From Solirubrobacterales bacterium (GTDB lineage: Bacteria; Bacillota; Syntrophomonadia; Syntrophomonadales; DTU052): 64,000 nt of DNA. A program made the translations under genes and the position numbers. Of the stretch, positions 59,373-64,000 are shown in pieces; within the stretch, counting starts at the first letter, position 1; each line of letters starts with the position of its first letter. Under the pieces are notes generated by a model, which did no database searches, had not been told where the DNA came from, and worked only from the letters and a program-made list of their open reading frames with translations. The DNA lies in assembly GCA_050258755.1 (NCBI GenBank), contig JBLMZI010000003.1:77131-141130 (forward strand), written 5' to 3'.

Positions 59373-60389
59373 TTACGGCTGCAAGCTGTATGTCTCCAAT
59401 GCCTTCTGGAGTGCGTTCAAGGCTTCAGCGCGGGTCAGCGGCCGGTTCAAGACGGCGCTACCGTCAGTGCCCCACTTAACAACACCCCACCGCAGCAGAT
59501 TCTCAATATATGGTCTTGCCCAGGCGGGAAGGGTGCCATGGGCCGTCAGTTCACGTTCGGTCGGCAATACCGCTTTGCCCAGCAGCACAAATGCCTCTGC
59601 GTGGGTAATGGGGGCGTTCGGCCGAAGTTTTCGGCTCGGGTCTCCGGTCAGGATGCCGTTATCGACTAGAATCTTTAGTCTGGCCTGGTCTTCGGCCGAA
59701 AGCGCTTGAACGTCGGTGAAGCGGTCGCTCAGTCGTTTCAAGGGCGCATATTCGGTGAGCTGGCTGTTAAAAGGCATGGTGATGGCGTAAAGGAACCGGC
59801 AGAATTCCAAACGGGTCATCGGCTGATTTGGAACGGCATGGAAATAGGATACCTGATCGGCGAGCTGGGCAATCCGAAGACTGCTCCGGTCCGCGCGGTC
59901 GTAATTGAAATCGATTGTCGCGACCTGGCCGGCCGGATCCACTTCTTGGATGATCAGTGTGATTGAGCGCGGCGTTGATGACGCAAACTGAACGCTGCCG
60001 GGCTGCAGCGCGTTTCTCTTGCCACCCACGGTCTCAGGACAGCTGAAGTAGTCCGCCGCCGTTTCCGCGATAGGAAGCTGCATATAGGCGGTGCCGAGCG
60101 GCAGAACGGCCGTGACGCGGTGTCCGGGGACCGGGTTGGCCAGAATGCTGTTTTCGCCGGAGAGCCGAATGGTTCCAAGCTTCTGATTCGTTCCCGCGGT
60201 TACTGTTGCAACGGTCCCGGATAACGGAAGCCCCGTTTCCGGGCTAAGTTTAATTGTTTTCGCGTCCGGATCCATGAAGGTCACCTGAAGGAGGGTATCG
60301 GCCCAGGCCGCTTGGGGAATGATCAATGCCAGGCCCAACGAAACCGCCAGGAAGGCCATAAAGACAGCGAATCGCGAGTGTTTGTACAT
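59373..60389 (-). CDS. S-layer homology (SLH) domain protein
   Basis: Signal peptide; PNQPMTRLEF, FTDV..GILTG..RPNAPITHAE, LTRAE. Confidence 0.85.
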   Translation of the reverse strand: MYKHSRFAVFMAFLAVSLGLALIIPQAAWADTLLQVTFMDPDAKTIKLSPETGLPLSGTVATVTAGTNQKLGTIRLSGENSILANPVPGHRVTAVLPLGTAYMQLPIAETAADYFSCPETVGGKRNALQPGSVQFASSTPRSITLIIQEVDPAGQVATIDFNYDRADRSSLRIAQLADQVSYFHAVPNQPMTRLEFCRFLYAITMPFNSQLTEYAPLKRLSDRFTDVQALSAEDQARLKILVDNGILTGDPSRKLRPNAPITHAEAFVLLGKAVLPTERELTAHGTLPAWARPYIENLLRWGVVKWGTDGSAVLNRPLTRAEALNALQKALETYSLQP

Positions 60390-60656
60390 GGATAAGTACC
60401 ACCTTTATTAATAAGCTCGGTTCCTATTTTACCACAAACCGTCTTTTGAAAGGTAACCGAAGAGAGGGTCCGGATAGGGAAATATCGGATTTCCTGCAAC
60501 AGACACCGCGTTTTTTAGCGGATTTGAGCAGAAGGAATCAGAAACCAAAGAGGCGAAACTATCAAACGGATCTATCGTGAGCGTTCCGGGATGGTTTTGA
60601 CAAAACCGAGAACGGATTGCAGCGGCGGATTTGCAGGAAGGAATGAGAAAACCTCA

Positions 60657-62159
60657 ATGAACAAGGACCGAACCGGACACGACCCGGGCCATCATGGTGC
60701 CGGGACACATAAAAATCCCCCGTCCTTTTTACAGCATGCCTGGGAGAAGCAGCGGCTGGCCGTATTGGGGCGGTACTTCGGAGCGGCCGGGCAGGAGGCA
60801 GGAACCGGACGGGATTACCGGAATCTGGTGCCGATTGTGCTGGTGCTTGTTTGTGTGCTCACATTTGTCTATTGGCTGTACGGACCCGTCACTGATCGGG
60901 AAGAGAACCGGTATCGGGCACGGATTGCGTATCTGAACCAGCGCCAACTCTGGCTGGTGGAGCAGGGGTTTTCCCAGCCGGTGAAAACCGATGACCGGGT
61001 CAGCGAGATTGTTGGCTGGTCAAAAGACGGGCGCTGGTTGGCCTACTGTAAAAAAACGGCCGGCCGAAAAGGTGTTTATCTATGGGTGACTGACCATACC
61101 GGCCAGCGGCGCATGGCGGTTGATACGCGCCCGGTGGTTTGCCGGCCGCGCTGGGCGCCTGGAAACAGCGTTTTGGCATACTCGACCGGATCGCCCAGGA
61201 ACCAGGCCCGCATGGACGGGAATCTAAAACTTGCCGCGCTCAAGAATGACACGATTGTCCGCAGCGCCGTCTGGCCTCCGGGCAGCGGACGGCTGATGGA
61301 TCTGGCCTGGGCATCAGACGGCGCCGCGCTTTTTGTTTCAATGGAACGAACCGCCGCCGCACCCGCGGTGATTGAGAAGGTTAAGCTAAAGGGGGTTCGG
61401 CAGACCGTCTATACTTTTGAACAAACCAATCCGGTATATGATCCGCTGCTGCTGCCCTTCGGCGCGACCGGTCTGGAGACCTCTCCGGATGGCCGGTGGC
61501 TGGTGTTTTTCGTACAGCCTGGTTCGGCGTCGCTGGCAGCCGACGGATGTGAGATTCGTTATCTGCCGATTCGGGATAACGGTTCGCCAGGACTGCTTGG
61601 CACCGGACTCGCATATCCTGAATGGCTGGATTGGAGCAGTGATGGGGAACGTCTGGCGATGATCCTTGGAGCCGGCCGGGAAGCGTCTGCTTCGAAGGAA
61701 TTAACGGTGTCGGACGCCCGGGAGCAGTGGAAGATCCATTCCCTGGGTACCGGCAGTACAGTGGATATGCTTCCGGCTTGGACGGCCAATCCGGAAGGCG
61801 GTCTGTTCTTCGTGCGCGGGCCGATGGCTTCGGAGCCGCTTGCGGCGAAAAAAGCGGGCCAGCCGGCGATTCCAGGCCAGCAAATCTGGCAGTGGAAGCC
61901 TGACCAAAAAACGGAAGCGGTCACGCGGCCGCCGAAGGAACAGTCGGATCTGTTTCCTCAGCCGTCCCCGAATGGCCGAACCCTGATCTTCGTTCGGGCG
62001 ACCAGTCTGAATCAGGGGCAGTTGATGCGAAAAGACCTTGCCAGCGGAAAAGAAACCGTGCTCATCGGGCAGCTCGGACATGATCCCGGATACTATTTCA
62101 ATGAACTGCCTTCCTGGCTGCAGGTACACTGGGTGGATACGAAAACTGGAAGCCGTTAG
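60657..62159 (+). CDS. Membrane-anchored TolB-like beta-propeller protein (start uncertain)
   Basis: TM followed by repeated WSKDG/WASDG/SPDG/WSSDG/SPNG blades. Confidence 0.78.
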   Translation: MNKDRTGHDPGHHGAGTHKNPPSFLQHAWEKQRLAVLGRYFGAAGQEAGTGRDYRNLVPIVLVLVCVLTFVYWLYGPVTDREENRYRARIAYLNQRQLWLVEQGFSQPVKTDDRVSEIVGWSKDGRWLAYCKKTAGRKGVYLWVTDHTGQRRMAVDTRPVVCRPRWAPGNSVLAYSTGSPRNQARMDGNLKLAALKNDTIVRSAVWPPGSGRLMDLAWASDGAALFVSMERTAAAPAVIEKVKLKGVRQTVYTFEQTNPVYDPLLLPFGATGLETSPDGRWLVFFVQPGSASLAADGCEIRYLPIRDNGSPGLLGTGLAYPEWLDWSSDGERLAMILGAGREASASKELTVSDAREQWKIHSLGTGSTVDMLPAWTANPEGGLFFVRGPMASEPLAAKKAGQPAIPGQQIWQWKPDQKTEAVTRPPKEQSDLFPQPSPNGRTLIFVRATSLNQGQLMRKDLASGKETVLIGQLGHDPGYYFNELPSWLQVHWVDTKTGSR

Positions 62160-62214
62160 AAACGGCTTCGGGGGATGGTCCAAGCCGTAAGCATGGGGGA
62201 GAAGGAGAGAGAGC

Positions 62215-63153
62215 ATGCGTCTGGATCGGCTGCTCGCCATTGTGATTCTGCTGGTCAACCGGAAAAGCATTCGCGCCCGGGAGCTTGCGGAGTTGTTTGA
62301 GGTTTCGGAAAGAACCATTTTTCGGGACATTGAGGCGATCAATCAGGCCGGCATTCCCGTGATTACCACGCCCGGCGCCCGGGGCGGCATCGGCCTGGCG
62401 GAAAACTACCGGATCGAGCAAAGCTTGCTGGCGTTGGACGACGTTGCCGCCATACTTGGGGCGCTGAAAGGCCTGAAGACTACTTTTGACGATGCCGGAT
62501 TGGCGCAGACGATCGAGAAAATTCAAGGGTTGGTGCCGCATGCCAGGCTGGATGAACTGGCGGGCAAATCGGAACGGTTGGTGATCGATCTAAAGCCCTG
62601 GGGAGGGAACGAAGCGGTTCGGAAACGGATTGCCCTGATCAAGGAGGCCATCGAAGCCCAGCGACTGATCCGTTTTGGATATACCGGACCGGAAGGTGAG
62701 CGCACCGAGCGTGTGATGGAACCCTACCGGCTGCTGCTCAAAAGCCAGAATTGGTACGTGTACGGGTTTTGCGCCTTGCGGCAGGACTTCCGATTGTTTC
62801 GCGTATCCCGGATTCGCAATCTGCAGCTTGAGGGGGATTTCTTTACACCGCGGGAAAACCCGGCTGGCGATTATCCCTGGGAGACTGAGTTTCTTGCCAT
62901 CGAAACCACTGACGTGGTCCTGCGTTTTCGCCCTGAACTGCGGATTCTGGCCGAAGAGCACTTTCAGGGAACGCCGATAGATGAGGAAGCGGATGGCTCG
63001 GTGATCGTGCGGATTTCACTGCCGGTCAATGAGTGGCTGTATGGCATGATTTTCAGCTATGCACAGGGTGTCGAAGTGCTGCGGCCGCCTGAAGTGAGGC
63101 GTGGCGTCCAAGAACGATTGGCGGCCATGGAAAAAATTTATCAAAGGCCGTAA
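62215..63153 (+). CDS. YafY family wHTH-WYL transcriptional regulator
   Basis: ELAELFEVSERTIFRDI, EPYRL..WYVYGFC..DFRLFRVSRI, WCX domain. Confidence 0.95.
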   Translation: MRLDRLLAIVILLVNRKSIRARELAELFEVSERTIFRDIEAINQAGIPVITTPGARGGIGLAENYRIEQSLLALDDVAAILGALKGLKTTFDDAGLAQTIEKIQGLVPHARLDELAGKSERLVIDLKPWGGNEAVRKRIALIKEAIEAQRLIRFGYTGPEGERTERVMEPYRLLLKSQNWYVYGFCALRQDFRLFRVSRIRNLQLEGDFFTPRENPAGDYPWETEFLAIETTDVVLRFRPELRILAEEHFQGTPIDEEADGSVIVRISLPVNEWLYGMIFSYAQGVEVLRPPEVRRGVQERLAAMEKIYQRP

Positions 63154-63191
63154 AACATGACACAGGGTTGTCATGTTTTGTTTTGTACGAT
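63152..63191 (+). promoter_or_regulatory. Putative WYL-regulator operator and -10 element
   Basis: aaaacatgaca-cagggt-tgtcatgtttt perfect 11-bp inverted repeat, TACGAT at 63186-63191. Confidence 0.65.
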
Positions 63192-63250
63192 GAAAGCAGA
63201 AAGCCGCAGGACGTTCGGTGCGGCCTTAATAATTGGAGGTGCTTTCGAAG

Positions 63251-63712
63251 ATGAAAGAACAGGTGAAATCAAAGACAACGCTGGTAAACATTCAGCCGAT
63301 CCCGGCCCGTACCCGTCGCGAGGTAGTCAAGGATTTCCCACAAGGCCTTCGCCGGATGATGGAAAGTGTGATGAACGAGGTGATCACGACCGGCGGCACC
63401 ATCGCAGGACCGCCCATGGTCCTGTATTACGATCAGGTATGGGATCTGGCCAAGGTGGATTTGGAAGTGGTGTGGCCGGTTGCCGGGCCCGACCAGGCGA
63501 ACGGCATCGTTCCGGCGGTGACCGCGGCCAAGTACGTACATGTTGGGCCCTATGACAGCCTGACGCCGGTCTATGAGGCAATGTTCGAATGGATCGCGGA
63601 ACACGGGTATCGCCCGCTTTGCCCGGTCCGGGAGGTGTACCCGAACGATCCGGGGACGACCCCACCCGAGCAGCTGCTCACGGAGATCATCCTGCCGGTT
63701 GAAAAGGCGTAA
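63251..63712 (+). CDS. GyrI-like small-molecule-binding domain protein
   Basis: GPPMVLYYD, HVGPYDSL..Y..MFEWI, REVYPNDP..LLTEIILP. Confidence 0.88.
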   Translation: MKEQVKSKTTLVNIQPIPARTRREVVKDFPQGLRRMMESVMNEVITTGGTIAGPPMVLYYDQVWDLAKVDLEVVWPVAGPDQANGIVPAVTAAKYVHVGPYDSLTPVYEAMFEWIAEHGYRPLCPVREVYPNDPGTTPPEQLLTEIILPVEKA

Positions 63713-63761
63713 GAAGAGGAAGCAAAACCGTTAAAACAACGATGTGCCGGCATAAGAGCTG

Positions 63762-64000
63762 CTAGCCGGAACCCTGGATAAGGGCGAGCTTCTGGGACCG
63801 CGGGAGGCGTTTGATTTCGTATTCCCGTTTCAGGGCTTCCGATTTTCCGGGAACAGACTCGGTGTATAGCAGAGTGACAGGGGCGCGGCCGCGCGTATAG
63901 CGCGCCCCGCGCCCCTGGTTGTGCTTTCTGATTCGATCATCGAGATCGTTGGTGACGCCGGTATACAGAGTACCGTCTGAACAGCGGACGATATACACGA
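63762..64000 (-). CDS. GIY-YIG nuclease family protein (YazA/YhbQ-like; 5' end at or beyond window edge)
   Basis: VYIVRC..TLYTGVT..RIRKHN..GARYTRGR..ALKRE. Confidence 0.9.
   Translation of the reverse strand, partial: VYIVRCSDGTLYTGVTNDLDDRIRKHNQGRGARYTRGRAPVTLLYTESVPGKSEALKREYEIKRLPRSQKLALIQGSG

Noticed and set aside
63762-64000. GIY-YIG as a homing endonuclease or mobile intron
   Set aside because: Short stand-alone YazA/YhbQ-type domain with no interrupted host gene.

Overview
Chromosomal window from a moderately GC-rich, probably spore-forming anaerobic Firmicute. A Syntrophomonas-like clostridial lineage is inferred from several crotonase/hbd paralogues, a sigma-54 activator, SLH proteins and TRAP. 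It holds about 60 CDS: a complete trpE-G-D-C-F-B-A-aroF operon, ybaK-dnaE-mtrB-pfkA-pyk, a sigma-54-driven hbd-crt-crt module, pspA-nfeD-flotillin, a DHHW-MBOAT-DHHW-GH26 glycan O-acylation locus, envelope enzymes, signalling proteins and a WYL-GyrI pair. No rRNA, tRNA, CRISPR array, transposase or prophage was seen. Highlights: (1) a TRAP circuit readable from the sequence, with an 11x (G/U)AG array that covers the likely trpE SD and start codon, an attenuator hairpin inside the trpE reading frame, and a second GAG array over the trpD SD; (2) a membrane-anchored coiled-coil protein ending in a HEPN-like RNxxxH domain; (3) twin TAGT-N7-ACTA sites linking a DUF1836 regulator to the pspA-flotillin operon; (4) a 224-nt fold-back element; (5) a tandem NlpC/P60 protein with one live and one dead domain; (6) a B12 radical SAM-STAS fusion. 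All calls were made by eye, with no database searches.
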